A stretch of 11,030 nt of DNA, from positions 1 to 11,030 of the forward strand of contig JBNJGY010000056.1 of the NCBI GenBank assembly GCA_051748045.1, in the 5' to 3' direction. The DNA is from Thermotogota bacterium (GTDB taxonomy: Bacteria; Thermotogota; Thermotogae; Petrotogales; Petrotogaceae). Each line of letters opens with the position of its first letter. The first letter of the stretch is position 1. The notes under the pieces are model-generated. The model did no database searches and was not told where the DNA came from. It saw only the letters and a program-made list of their open reading frames with translations. Made by a program: the position numbers and the translations under genes. Below are positions 1 through 8,536 of the stretch, in pieces.

Positions 1-90
1 GCCAAGTTTATTAGGCGGGGTGATAGTTTTATTATCATTAATGATTTACACTTATTATGTAATTATTAATAAAAACAAAATAGTTTATGT

Positions 91-126
91 AGAAAAATAA
101 AAAAGCCAACCTTTAAAGGTTGGCTT
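91..126 (-). terminator. Intrinsic terminator-like hairpin (perfect 24-bp palindrome) with U-tract on the minus strand
   Basis: 103-126 AAGCCAACCTTT|AAAGGTTGGCTT is a perfect palindrome. On the minus strand it is followed by TTTTTTATTTTTCT. Confidence 0.75.
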
Positions 127-146
127 AAAAATATATTATCACTATC

Positions 147-175
147 ATTATAACCCAAAAGCCAAAATTCGTCAA
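147..175 (-). promoter_or_regulatory. Sigma70-type promoter, leftward
   Basis: Minus strand reads TTGACG (175-170), a 17-nt spacer, then TATAAT (152-147). The upstream region is AT-rich. Confidence 0.7.
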
Positions 176-212
176 TAAATTTTTTGTTATCAATTCTTAA
201 AAAATAAATAAA

Positions 213-241
213 TTGACTTGTCTCATTAAAACGCCTATAAT
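213..241 (+). promoter_or_regulatory. Sigma70-type promoter for the methyltransferase-HAD operon
   Basis: TTGACT (213-218), 17-nt spacer, TATAAT (236-241). A-rich UP-like tract at 199-212. SD GGAGGT at 259-264 precedes ATG 271. Confidence 0.8.
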
Positions 242-270
242 TATAACTGTTAATTTCTGGAGGTGTAGAC

Positions 271-1038
271 ATGGAAAAAGTTATGGATTTAGTAGCTGAA
301 AAATGGGGGGAAATCGGTCCAAATTATTGGGGTTATTTTGGTAAAAAATTAGTTTATAATTCAAATATTAAATCAGGAAACAATGTTTTAGATATAGGAA
401 CCGGAAGAGGAGCTTCTTTAAAATATGCATCAAGAAAAGCTACAAATACAGGAACTGTTTATGGCATAGATACTTCAAAAAATATGATAAGTAAAACTCA
501 AAAAATAATAAAACAAGAAAATTTAGCTAATACTATAGTTAAGAAATTAAATTTTAAAAATATTAAAAAAGAAAGATTTGATGTTGTTTTATCTGGTTTT
601 TGTGGATATTTATTTTTCCCAGAAAACAATCTTAATAGAATCTATGAACTCCTTAACCCTCTAGGCCAAATTGGTGTTTCGAATTGGTTAGAAAAGACTG
701 ATGGCTATATATGGGAAAAAATAATAAAAAAATTTTTTCCTGATACTCCAGAAAAAGAAAAAAAAGACTTGATTGAAATATATTATAATAAGTTTAAAGA
801 AACAAAATTCAAAAATATTGATTTTTTTGTATTAGAAAAAGATTTTTATTATAAAGATGAAGAAGAATGGTTACTGGAATATCATTATAATGCTGCAAGA
901 TATTTTATAGAAAGGATAAAGAAATTGGGGAAATATGAATCTTTTAAAAAATATTCTATTGACTTAATAGAAGAACATAAAACAGATAAAGGTATAAAAA
1001 TAAAAAATAGTGTTTTATTTTCATATGCAATAAAATAG
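271..1038 (+). CDS. Class I SAM-dependent methyltransferase (UbiE/Methyltransf_11-like)
   Basis: Motif I VLDIGTGRG, post-I VYGIDTSKNMI, motif II FDVVLSGF, LLNPLGQI; strong SD. Confidence 0.88.
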   Translation: MEKVMDLVAEKWGEIGPNYWGYFGKKLVYNSNIKSGNNVLDIGTGRGASLKYASRKATNTGTVYGIDTSKNMISKTQKIIKQENLANTIVKKLNFKNIKKERFDVVLSGFCGYLFFPENNLNRIYELLNPLGQIGVSNWLEKTDGYIWEKIIKKFFPDTPEKEKKDLIEIYYNKFKETKFKNIDFFVLEKDFYYKDEEEWLLEYHYNAARYFIERIKKLGKYESFKKYSIDLIEEHKTDKGIKIKNSVLFSYAIK

Positions 1039-1048
1039 GAGGTAGAAA

Positions 1049-1669
1049 ATGTATATATTTTTAGATTACGACGGAACATTGAACTTAACAGACGAAAGAA
1101 CTTATGCAAAAACTTATTATGGGGCTTTATTTAACTACACAGGCTTAGACCCAGAAATGTATTTAGATGCAATAAATTTTTCTGTTGAAAAAATTATAAA
1201 AGAAAATGATACATCAAAAAATAATTTTGAAAAATTTCTAAATCACATGGAAAAATTTACTAACAAAGAAAGAGAAGAATGGAAAGAAAAATTTATGGAT
1301 TTTTATAAAAACGGTTTTGATGAAGTCAAAAAAGCTATGCAACCAAACAAAAAACTAATAAATGCTGCGAAAAACTCTGATCACAAATTAATATTCGCTT
1401 CTAACCCTTTATTCCCAAGAATCTGTGTAGAAAAAAGAATAGAAATGATTGATATGGATTTAAATGATTTTGTATATATTTCAGACATGGAAAATTCTTA
1501 TACAACAAAACCACATAAAGAATATTTCGAAAAAATTATAAAAGAATTAGATATAAAACCAGAAGAAGCAATAATAATTGGAGACACGGATTTCGATAAA
1601 GCTGCAGAAAAAGTAGGAATCAAGTTTATCCATGTTGATGATGAAGATGAATGGCAAAAAATAATTTAA
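1049..1669 (+). CDS. HAD-superfamily hydrolase (subfamily IA-like phosphatase)
   Basis: Motif I FLDYDGTL, motif II ASN, motif III KP, motif IV IIGDTDFD. SD AGGAGGT overlaps the upstream stop, consistent with an operon. Confidence 0.9.
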   Translation: MYIFLDYDGTLNLTDERTYAKTYYGALFNYTGLDPEMYLDAINFSVEKIIKENDTSKNNFEKFLNHMEKFTNKEREEWKEKFMDFYKNGFDEVKKAMQPNKKLINAAKNSDHKLIFASNPLFPRICVEKRIEMIDMDLNDFVYISDMENSYTTKPHKEYFEKIIKELDIKPEEAIIIGDTDFDKAAEKVGIKFIHVDDEDEWQKII

Positions 1670-1699
1670 GACTGACACAATGTCGTCAGTCTTTCTCTT
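1668..1699 (+). terminator. Probable intrinsic terminator after the HAD gene
   Basis: AAGACTGAC (1668-1676) pairs with GTCAGTCTT (1685-1693), followed by TCTCTT. It overlaps the stop codon. Confidence 0.6.
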
Positions 1700-1739
1700 A
1701 TATAATATACATGAAACATATCTAAAAAGGGGGATTTGT

Positions 1740-2582
1740 ATGACTGAACAAAAGTTAAAAGAAATATTAATTGATTTGAAAAAATCAGATTGGAATATTA
1801 AAGAAGACATATTCGAAATAGCAAAAGAATCATTGGAAAATATTGGATCTACCGATCCTGTGTTGAGAGATGAATTGATTCTAGAATTTCTTTTCAATTT
1901 AATCGTAGAAAAAAAACTTAAAAAAGAAGAAATAAAATTTATTTTAAAAAAATGTTTGAGTAAAGATTTTTTATTCCATAAAATTGATGAAAAAATAGGT
2001 GATGGCGTATTTAAAAGATCATTCACTGTATTGATCATTAGGGCGATAGTCTATTATCAAAATGAAATAGACTCTTCTTTATTGTCAAAAGAAGAAATTC
2101 TAGATATTTACGAAAAATCAGTTAAATATTTTAAATTAGAAGAAGATAAGAGAGGGTATGCCCAAGAAAAAGGTTGGGCTGATAGTCATAGCCATATAGG
2201 AGATTTACTAAGAACTATCGCTTTGAATCCAGAGATAACAGAAAATCAACTATTAGATATATTGTATTTAATAAGAGAAAAAATTTCTATAGATGATTAT
2301 GTTTTTATAAATGAAGAATCTGAAAGGTTAACTACTGCAGTTTTATATGTTTTAGAAAGAAATAAAATAAAAAAAGAAAAAGTCATTAAATGGATAGAAA
2401 GTTTTGAAAATCTAGAGCCTCCAAAAAATTATCCAAAAACTCATTATTTCAAAGAAAATATAAAGAATTTTCTTAGAAGTCTTTATTTTAGATTAAAATT
2501 CAAAAATCACAACATTTATCTGGAAAATATTGAAAAAGCTCTAAATCATCACAATACATTTTTCAATAATTTAGACTATTAA
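1740..2582 (+). CDS. DUF2785-family helical protein (280 aa; start reassigned from 1680 to ATG 1740)
   Basis: Recalled family motifs IGSTDPVLRDE, FKRSFTVL, DKRGY..EKGWA...H.GD, E.ERL, NFLRSLYF. AAAGGGGG SD sits before ATG 1740, whereas ATG 1680 lies in a terminator loop with no SD. Confidence 0.75.
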   Translation: MTEQKLKEILIDLKKSDWNIKEDIFEIAKESLENIGSTDPVLRDELILEFLFNLIVEKKLKKEEIKFILKKCLSKDFLFHKIDEKIGDGVFKRSFTVLIIRAIVYYQNEIDSSLLSKEEILDIYEKSVKYFKLEEDKRGYAQEKGWADSHSHIGDLLRTIALNPEITENQLLDILYLIREKISIDDYVFINEESERLTTAVLYVLERNKIKKEKVIKWIESFENLEPPKNYPKTHYFKENIKNFLRSLYFRLKFKNHNIYLENIEKALNHHNTFFNNLDY

Positions 2583-2585
2583 ATA

Positions 2586-2633
2586 ATAAAAAGAAACCCA
2601 AGAGTTATCATTAAATGATAACTCTTGGGTTTT
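2586..2633. terminator. Bidirectional intrinsic terminator between convergent genes
   Basis: 19-bp perfect inverted repeat AAACCCAAGAGTTATCATT (2594-2612) / AATGATAACTCTTGGGTTT (2614-2632), flanked by A and T tracts. Confidence 0.85.
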
Positions 2634-2638
2634 AATAA

Positions 2639-4669
2639 TTATGATTTTATTCTCTTTACTTCTTCTTTTAATTTTGATGATATTTGTTCAAGTTTATCAG
2701 CAGTTTCTTCTAAAGAGTTTGATTGATCTTTTTGATTATTTGCAGAATTATTTATGTCTTCCATATCATCAGATATTGTTTTAATTTCTCCAGAAACATT
2801 ATCTACAGTTGCGGATATCTCTTCTGCGGCTGCACTTTGTTCTTGGCTAGTAGCGGTCAAATTATTTACCATAGAATTAATTTCATCTACTTGATTATAT
2901 ATTTCAGTAAATTCATTAGAAATAACTTCTGATTTGTCAGATATTTTCTCAACTATACTATTTGACTCATTAGTAGAACCGTTAATTTCTTCAATACCTT
3001 TTTTGATTTCTTTAAGAATTGATTCAATATGAGTAGTTGTAGAACTACTTTCTTCTGCTAGTTTTCTGATTTCATCAGCAACAACAGAAAAGCCTTTTCC
3101 CGCTTCTCCTGCTCTAGCTGCTTCAATAGCAGCATTAAGAGCTAATAAGTTTGTTTGTTCTGCTATAGCATCAATTTCTTGTACAATTTCACCTATTTTA
3201 TTTGATTTTTCAGTTACTTCACTAACAACCTCCAAAGTTTTTTTCGATTGATTTTTTGCATTTTTTATTGTATCTACAATTTCTTTCACACTCTTACTAC
3301 CATTATCTGTTGATGATTTAACATCATTAGCTTTTTCAAAAAGATTTTGTGTATAATCTGTTATAGAAAGTGCTGAATCTGCAACTTCACTTATGCTTTT
3401 AGAAATTTCATCCATAGATAACCTTGCATTATATGACTTTTCTTTTATAGAGCTTGAATATTCCAATAATTCTTGACTCATTTTAGAACTATCTTTTGAA
3501 ATATTTTTTAAGTTTTTCGAATCATGATTGGTTGTATCTGAAATATCTTTTACGTCATTGATTATTGATGAAAGATTTTTTTGAATTTTTTCAATAGCTT
3601 TTGCTAAATCTCCAAACTCATCTTTTCTATTCTTAAAACTATCTTCAAAGTTTACTGTTAAATCACCTTTTGCTAGATTGTTTTCTAAATGAGTTTTCAC
3701 TTTAAATATATTCTTTACAAGATTAGAGGTTATAAAATAAAGACTTATAATCAGAACAACTAGACCTGAAACTCCAAAAATATAAATTAGTGTTTCTAAT
3801 TTATTCATATTTCCATACATTTCTTCTTCTCTTATAACCGTTCCATAATTCCAAGGAGTATCACTTTCACCTATAAAAATTGGGTTAAATGATTTAAATG
3901 TATATTCTTCCAAAGATATTGAATAAGCTCTTTCTGAAAAAACTTCGCCTTTTTGAACTTTTTCAAAAATTACATCCCCGTTTTCTCCCCTTGCATCTCC
4001 AAAAAGATCTCCAACTCGACTTTCATCGGGATGATATACAACTATTCCTTCATTAGACAATATTCTTCCAAAACCTGTATCAAATATTTTTGCTTGTGAA
4101 CTGATTTTTTCTAAAGGTGATAAATCTAAATCTATCTTTACAGCACCAACAAAGTTCCCATCTATTTTTATTGGAGTTATAGTCGAAGCTAGTTTAAATT
4201 CTTCTCCAGAAATTTCTTTTTTAAATGGTTCAGTTAAAATATCTTTATTTTCTTCTTTACAACGTTCACACCAATTTTTAAGCGTATCTAATTCTTCAGG
4301 TTTAACACCACTTCTTAAATTTTCTAAATAAATATTTATTCCTTCACTTTCAATATAAACTCCAAGACCTTTATAATTTTTATTTTCTTGTAAAATACCC
4401 TCCGTTAAATCAAGGATCAATTCTTCATCTAAATTAGATTCTTTTATTATTCCAGAAAATGATTCCGAGAGGGAACGAGCACTATTCATAGAATCTTCTA
4501 GATAAATTTCTATTTCATTGGCATATTGTGCAGAAATTGATTCAGAATATTTTACACTAATATCTTTAAAATAACTGTCCACATTAATAAGTACAAAAGA
4601 AAAAATTACAAGAAAAATAATCGACACTATAAAGCTAATAAGTAAGACAAGCTTAGACTTTAAATTCAT
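2639..4669 (-). CDS. Methyl-accepting chemotaxis protein (TM-dCache-TM-HAMP-MCP signal)
   Basis: Hairpin tip [48 protein letters not shown]...RKDEFGDL; two TM helices; dCache-like TEPF...GAVKID...VVYHPD...PW. SD GAGGTG favours ATG 4669 over GTG 4678. Confidence 0.95.
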   Translation of the reverse strand: MNLKSKLVLLISFIVSIIFLVIFSFVLINVDSYFKDISVKYSESISAQYANEIEIYLEDSMNSARSLSESFSGIIKESNLDEELILDLTEGILQENKNYKGLGVYIESEGINIYLENLRSGVKPEELDTLKNWCERCKEENKDILTEPFKKEISGEEFKLASTITPIKIDGNFVGAVKIDLDLSPLEKISSQAKIFDTGFGRILSNEGIVVYHPDESRVGDLFGDARGENGDVIFEKVQKGEVFSERAYSISLEEYTFKSFNPIFIGESDTPWNYGTVIREEEMYGNMNKLETLIYIFGVSGLVVLIISLYFITSNLVKNIFKVKTHLENNLAKGDLTVNFEDSFKNRKDEFGDLAKAIEKIQKNLSSIINDVKDISDTTNHDSKNLKNISKDSSKMSQELLEYSSSIKEKSYNARLSMDEISKSISEVADSALSITDYTQNLFEKANDVKSSTDNGSKSVKEIVDTIKNAKNQSKKTLEVVSEVTEKSNKIGEIVQEIDAIAEQTNLLALNAAIEAARAGEAGKGFSVVADEIRKLAEESSSTTTHIESILKEIKKGIEEINGSTNESNSIVEKISDKSEVISNEFTEIYNQVDEINSMVNNLTATSQEQSAAAEEISATVDNVSGEIKTISDDMEDINNSANNQKDQSNSLEETADKLEQISSKLKEEVKRIKS

Positions 4670-4725
4670 AAATAACACCTCTTAATAATTAATATAACTT
4701 ATTATAGTATTTTTGAATAAATAGC

Positions 4726-4733
4726 ATATCAGC
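4726..4733 (-). promoter_or_regulatory. Possible sigma28 (FliA/SigD) -10 element upstream of the MCP
   Basis: GCTGATAT on the minus strand is a 7/8 match to GCCGATAT, about 57 nt upstream of a chemoreceptor gene. The -35 TAAA is not well matched. Confidence 0.3.
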
Positions 4734-4991
4734 TTAAATTTAATATTAAGTAAATTAATTTATTGAAGTAATTTTTTATTTGTTTTTTTATAATCTAAAT
4801 GAAATGTGACTGAATAGGTTATATTTTTTTATTGTAAAATAAAATTTTTCTTATATAGAAAAATATAAAAATTAATATATAGCCATATTAAATAATTAAT
4901 CATAACATAAAAATAATCTAATGTTTTTTTTATATGATTTTAATTTATTATGATATGATATTTATGTATATTATAATAAAAGGAAGATAAC

Positions 4992-6557
4992 ATGAAAAGC
5001 ATAGAAAATACTATTTTAGACATTAACCGTTATGGTTTTTTTGGACGTCCTATTCTCAACTACGAATACGAGAAGAAAAAAGATCAAGATCTTATATTTT
5101 ACTTAGAAGTTATGAACCTATACGGACAATTTAATCATGAAGAAGTAATCAGGATGCTCGATAGAAATATTGAGCATGTTTCTAATATTAGTATTTATTA
5201 TTTACTTTTGACTATTAAAATGTCCTCTTATTTCATTCTAAATAATGAAAAATATAAATCCATTTTTAATACCTTATATATGGATCTCGAAAAAATACCA
5301 GAACCAGCAAAAAAAATAGTAACAAACGCTCTAATAAGTGTTGACTCAAAATTATTAGAAAATAGCAACAAAATCCCAGAAGATTATCATACAAATAAAT
5401 TTTTATATTCTAACCATATGATGGTTAAAGCAAGAAGCACTGAGAACATGCAATTAAAAAAAGAATTACATATAAAATCTCTTTTGTCTGCAAAAAAAAT
5501 ACCAAATCCATCTTTAATAATAGCAAATTTATTAGACTGTTATAGGGCTTTTAACACTCCAACACAAAGATATTGGATCCTTAGAACAGCTGTGTATTAT
5601 TCTTCTTATTATTTTTCATCTGAAAACAGGATAATAAACATTTACGATGAATACCTAAAATATATAAAAGATAGAGATTATTTTAGATATATAACAGAAC
5701 TTTTTATTCTAACAAAATCATTTTCAAAACTAAACATACTACAAGAAGCTGATGATGCTGAATTATTTGACCTTGATCTAAACAAAAAATATTATAGAAA
5801 CACATCAGAAGTCCAAGAGCTCTTCAAAGACTATATAGATATTTTTGGAATTAATAAATTTTTAAAAAAATCAAAATTAGGAAAACGTTCTGTTCACAAT
5901 ATAATAAATGGAAAAGCAGATAGAGTTCAAGCCAAAACTTTATACGAACTTTTTCAAGATGATTTTTTTAAAGACAAATTTTTTTGTGAAATAAGTATAG
6001 AAAAATTTAAAAATTTCTTAGATAACAAAGTAGAAAACTCCATAAAGGAAATAAGAAAGAAAAAAAGCAGAAATTTTTTAATAGACCTAATAACTATAAT
6101 GATTACTGTAAAAAAAATAAATAAAAAAGTATTCAACAACATTTATAATGTAATTTTACATAATGAAGAAATTAAGCTAAATTATAATGAAAAAATGATT
6201 TTATATATTATATATAAAGATTATAGCTCTATATTTTTGAAAGCAAAACAAACTCTTTTAAAGAAATCTTTCAAAAACTTTGATGAATCAAAATTGGTTA
6301 TTTTTTATGATTTTTTCTTAGATAAAATAGATTTTAAAAATAGAACCATGCTTTCTATTTTATTGGAAAATATATCACGTCTTGAAGAAATAGATATTGA
6401 AATAAAATCTGATTTGAGATTACAAGATAATAAATTTTTTGATAAAAAAAATGTTTTAAAAGCCCTTTGGTATTTCGATGAAAAACAAAGAAAAAAACTG
6501 ATACCAATATATAACAACATGATTGAAGCTTTATATTATAAAAAAGGAAGAGTTTAA
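4992..6557 (+). CDS. Hypothetical 521-aa alpha-helical protein with an internal XRE/Cro-like helix-turn-helix (putative regulator)
   Basis: Long ORF with AAGGA SD. Segment INKFLKKSKLGKRSVHNIINGKADRVQAKTLYELF resembles an XRE HTH. The N-terminal half looks helical-repeat-like. No TM segment or signal peptide is evident. Confidence 0.6.
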   Translation: MKSIENTILDINRYGFFGRPILNYEYEKKKDQDLIFYLEVMNLYGQFNHEEVIRMLDRNIEHVSNISIYYLLLTIKMSSYFILNNEKYKSIFNTLYMDLEKIPEPAKKIVTNALISVDSKLLENSNKIPEDYHTNKFLYSNHMMVKARSTENMQLKKELHIKSLLSAKKIPNPSLIIANLLDCYRAFNTPTQRYWILRTAVYYSSYYFSSENRIINIYDEYLKYIKDRDYFRYITELFILTKSFSKLNILQEADDAELFDLDLNKKYYRNTSEVQELFKDYIDIFGINKFLKKSKLGKRSVHNIINGKADRVQAKTLYELFQDDFFKDKFFCEISIEKFKNFLDNKVENSIKEIRKKKSRNFLIDLITIMITVKKINKKVFNNIYNVILHNEEIKLNYNEKMILYIIYKDYSSIFLKAKQTLLKKSFKNFDESKLVIFYDFFLDKIDFKNRTMLSILLENISRLEEIDIEIKSDLRLQDNKFFDKKNVLKALWYFDEKQRKKLIPIYNNMIEALYYKKGRV

Positions 6558-6575
6558 TAAACTCTTCCTTTTTTT
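6540..6575. terminator. Bidirectional intrinsic terminator
   Basis: 17-bp perfect inverted repeat AAAAAAGGAAGAGTTTA (6540-6556) / TAAACTCTTCCTTTTTT (6558-6574) between convergent genes. Confidence 0.88.
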
Positions 6576-6576
6576 A

Positions 6577-7257
6577 TTAAAAGATTTTTATTCTACTTGA
6601 AAGACCTAAAACAATAACCATATCTTCTATTAAAACTATATCGTCGCCAACTTGATTTTGAAATTGGATTCCTGCATAAAGGTTCAATCCATCAAAAATC
6701 CAAATTTTATTATAATAGTGCTGAACTCCGTAAAAAGAAATCATATAATTTTCTAAAGAAAAATTATTATCGAATCCAAGTCCTCCTTCAAGATTTATAA
6801 AACTTTCTGAATTCTCTTCTTTTAAAATGTTCAAACTCGTTTTTGCAAAAGCACCATAGCTATTTTCTAATGAATTGGTTTCAGTTTCATAATCATAAGA
6901 TCCTTGTTGATTAAAAATACCTCCAACATCAAAATAAATCAAATCATTTTCATAACCTATTGATGAAGTTACTGAAGAATAACTCATAAAATCACTTGAA
7001 TAACCTAAACTAAATTTCAAAGGAACATTTTGAACATTATTAAATCCAGCTTTTATATATCCTCCATTATTCGACTGTGAAACCCCAGTTTCTATAAACC
7101 CAAAAAGTCCCCATCTTAGACCCCAACCTGGATTAAAGGTATCTATATAAATGTATCCTTCTTCTACAATACCTGCCTCTGGTGTCAAAAAAGAAACAGA
7201 AAAAACAGAAACGCTCAATATCAAAATACTTGTGATCAAAAATAATACTTTTTTCAT
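6577..7257 (-). CDS. Secreted protein, probable outer-membrane beta-barrel
   Basis: Sec signal MKKVLFLITSILILSVSVFS. Gly/aromatic-rich alternating strands (GWGLRWGL, KFSLGYS, LNLYAGIQF) and a C-terminal Phe. SD GGAGGTGG. Confidence 0.6.
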   Translation of the reverse strand: MKKVLFLITSILILSVSVFSVSFLTPEAGIVEEGYIYIDTFNPGWGLRWGLFGFIETGVSQSNNGGYIKAGFNNVQNVPLKFSLGYSSDFMSYSSVTSSIGYENDLIYFDVGGIFNQQGSYDYETETNSLENSYGAFAKTSLNILKEENSESFINLEGGLGFDNNFSLENYMISFYGVQHYYNKIWIFDGLNLYAGIQFQNQVGDDIVLIEDMVIVLGLSSRIKIF

Positions 7258-7331
7258 TTCCCACCACCTCCAATTATTTGTAGTGATATTATAAAACTAA
7301 AATATTAAAATAGAATATAAATATGATTTCA

Positions 7332-8522
7332 TTAAAATGATTCAGAAACAATCTTTCCACTAGTCAACGCAAATTGAATATTATATCCTCCAGTGTCACC
7401 ATCAACGTCTAATACTTCTCCAGCAAAAAACAAGCCTTCGACTTTTTTAGACATCATTGTTTTTATGTCAATCTCTTTTAAATCAACTCCACCTGCTGTA
7501 ACCATGGCCTGATCATATCCGAAAATCTCTTCAACAGTATATTCATGATCAATAAGATAATCTACAATATCCTTTCTCTTTTCTTTTTTGATATTCCCAC
7601 AAAAAGATTTTTCAGAAATATTTAGATCATTTAGCATTTTTAAAATAAACTTTTTGGTTAAATCATATTTTCTCAGCACTTTTAAAACGGTTTCATTCTG
7701 ATATTTTTTTAAATTGCCAAATAAATCTTCTCTAAAAATTTCTTTATTCTTATAATTTAAAAAAGAAATCAATAGAGTGTCTCCATCTTCAATATTTCTT
7801 GAAAAATCAATAATTACAGGTCCGGAAAAACCAAGATGCGTAATCAACAAATCACCTTCATTTTCAACATTTTTCCCTTTAATACTAACCTTAGCATTAC
7901 TAAAAGAAGTTCCAGATAAAACCTGTAAATTAAAATTCCTAATTTTAACAGGAGTTAAAGCTGGTTTAGGTTCAACAATATTATGACCAAAATATTCAGC
8001 AAAATTATACCCATCACCGCTTGTTCCAAGCCTTGGGTAAGATTTCCCGCCTGTTGCAATCAAAACTGAGTTTGAATTATACTCTTTATCTTTTGTAAAA
8101 ACCCTAAAATATTCACTTTTAGCGATTTTTACAACTTTTGAATCTGTCTTTATTTCATGTCCATTTTTAGAAATCTCACTCAGTAAAATATCCAAAACAT
8201 CCTTTGCTTTCATAGATTTTGGAAAATATTTCCCATTTTTATCCACAACTAATTCTAAACCTCTATCCTCAAAGTATTCGACCACATCTTCATTGGTAAA
8301 CCTTTTTAAAATTTTTTTCATATAATTCTTTTTATCACCGTATTTATCAAAAAACTCATAAGTTTTTCCTTCATGAGTCAAATTACATTGCCCAGTTCCA
8401 GAAATCAAAAGTTTTTTTCCTACTTTTTTATTTTTTTCTAAAATCAAAACTTTTTTATCCTTTATATTAGCTGCTGCAAAAAGTCCCGCTGGTCCTGTTC
8501 CTATAATAATCAAATCGTAAAT
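7332..8522 (-). CDS. HI0933/YhiN/BaiN-family NAD(P)/FAD-dependent oxidoreductase, probable ATT start
   Basis: IIIGTGPAG Rossmann motif, GKKLLISGTGQCNLT, ATGGKSYPRLGTSGDG, LLITHLGFSGP, VTAGGV, GEVLDVDGDTGGYNIQFA. SD AAGGAGG (8536-8530) lies 7 nt before ATT at 8522. Confidence 0.92.
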   Translation of the reverse strand: MYDLIIIGTGPAGLFAAANIKDKKVLILEKNKKVGKKLLISGTGQCNLTHEGKTYEFFDKYGDKKNYMKKILKRFTNEDVVEYFEDRGLELVVDKNGKYFPKSMKAKDVLDILLSEISKNGHEIKTDSKVVKIAKSEYFRVFTKDKEYNSNSVLIATGGKSYPRLGTSGDGYNFAEYFGHNIVEPKPALTPVKIRNFNLQVLSGTSFSNAKVSIKGKNVENEGDLLITHLGFSGPVIIDFSRNIEDGDTLLISFLNYKNKEIFREDLFGNLKKYQNETVLKVLRKYDLTKKFILKMLNDLNISEKSFCGNIKKEKRKDIVDYLIDHEYTVEEIFGYDQAMVTAGGVDLKEIDIKTMMSKKVEGLFFAGEVLDVDGDTGGYNIQFALTSGKIVSESF

Positions 8523-8536
8523 ATTACCGCCTCCTT

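Noticed and set aside
1-20. GC-richer start (GCCAAG...AGGCGGGG) as a possible 3' end of a structural RNA
   Set aside because: Too short and truncated by the window edge to support any call.
66-272. 68-aa minus-strand ORF
   Set aside because: Runs through two promoters and a terminator, overlaps the start of the methyltransferase, and has no SD.
1049-1669. HAD hydrolase as part of the fluoride system (defluorinase)
   Set aside because: It is 7 kb from the riboswitch in a separate transcription unit, and its motifs fit a generic phosphatase. There is no linking evidence.
1680-1739. N-terminal extension of the DUF2785-like ORF from ATG 1680
   Set aside because: The ATG lies inside the upstream terminator hairpin with no SD, while ATG 1740 has a purine-rich SD and a TATAAT at 1701-1706 upstream.
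885-2038. Minus-strand ORFs 885-1109 and 1547-2038
   Set aside because: F/S/I-rich antisense shadows of well-supported Lys/Glu-rich plus-strand genes.
2594-2632. TTATCATT-A-AATGATAA core as a Fur box
   Set aside because: It lies between two convergent stop codons inside a long hairpin with T/A tracts, so a terminator explains it fully.
2723-7986. Short ORFs 2723-2932, 5954-6142, 6305-6520, 7777-7986
   Set aside because: All are fully antisense to longer credible CDSs and have no independent signals.
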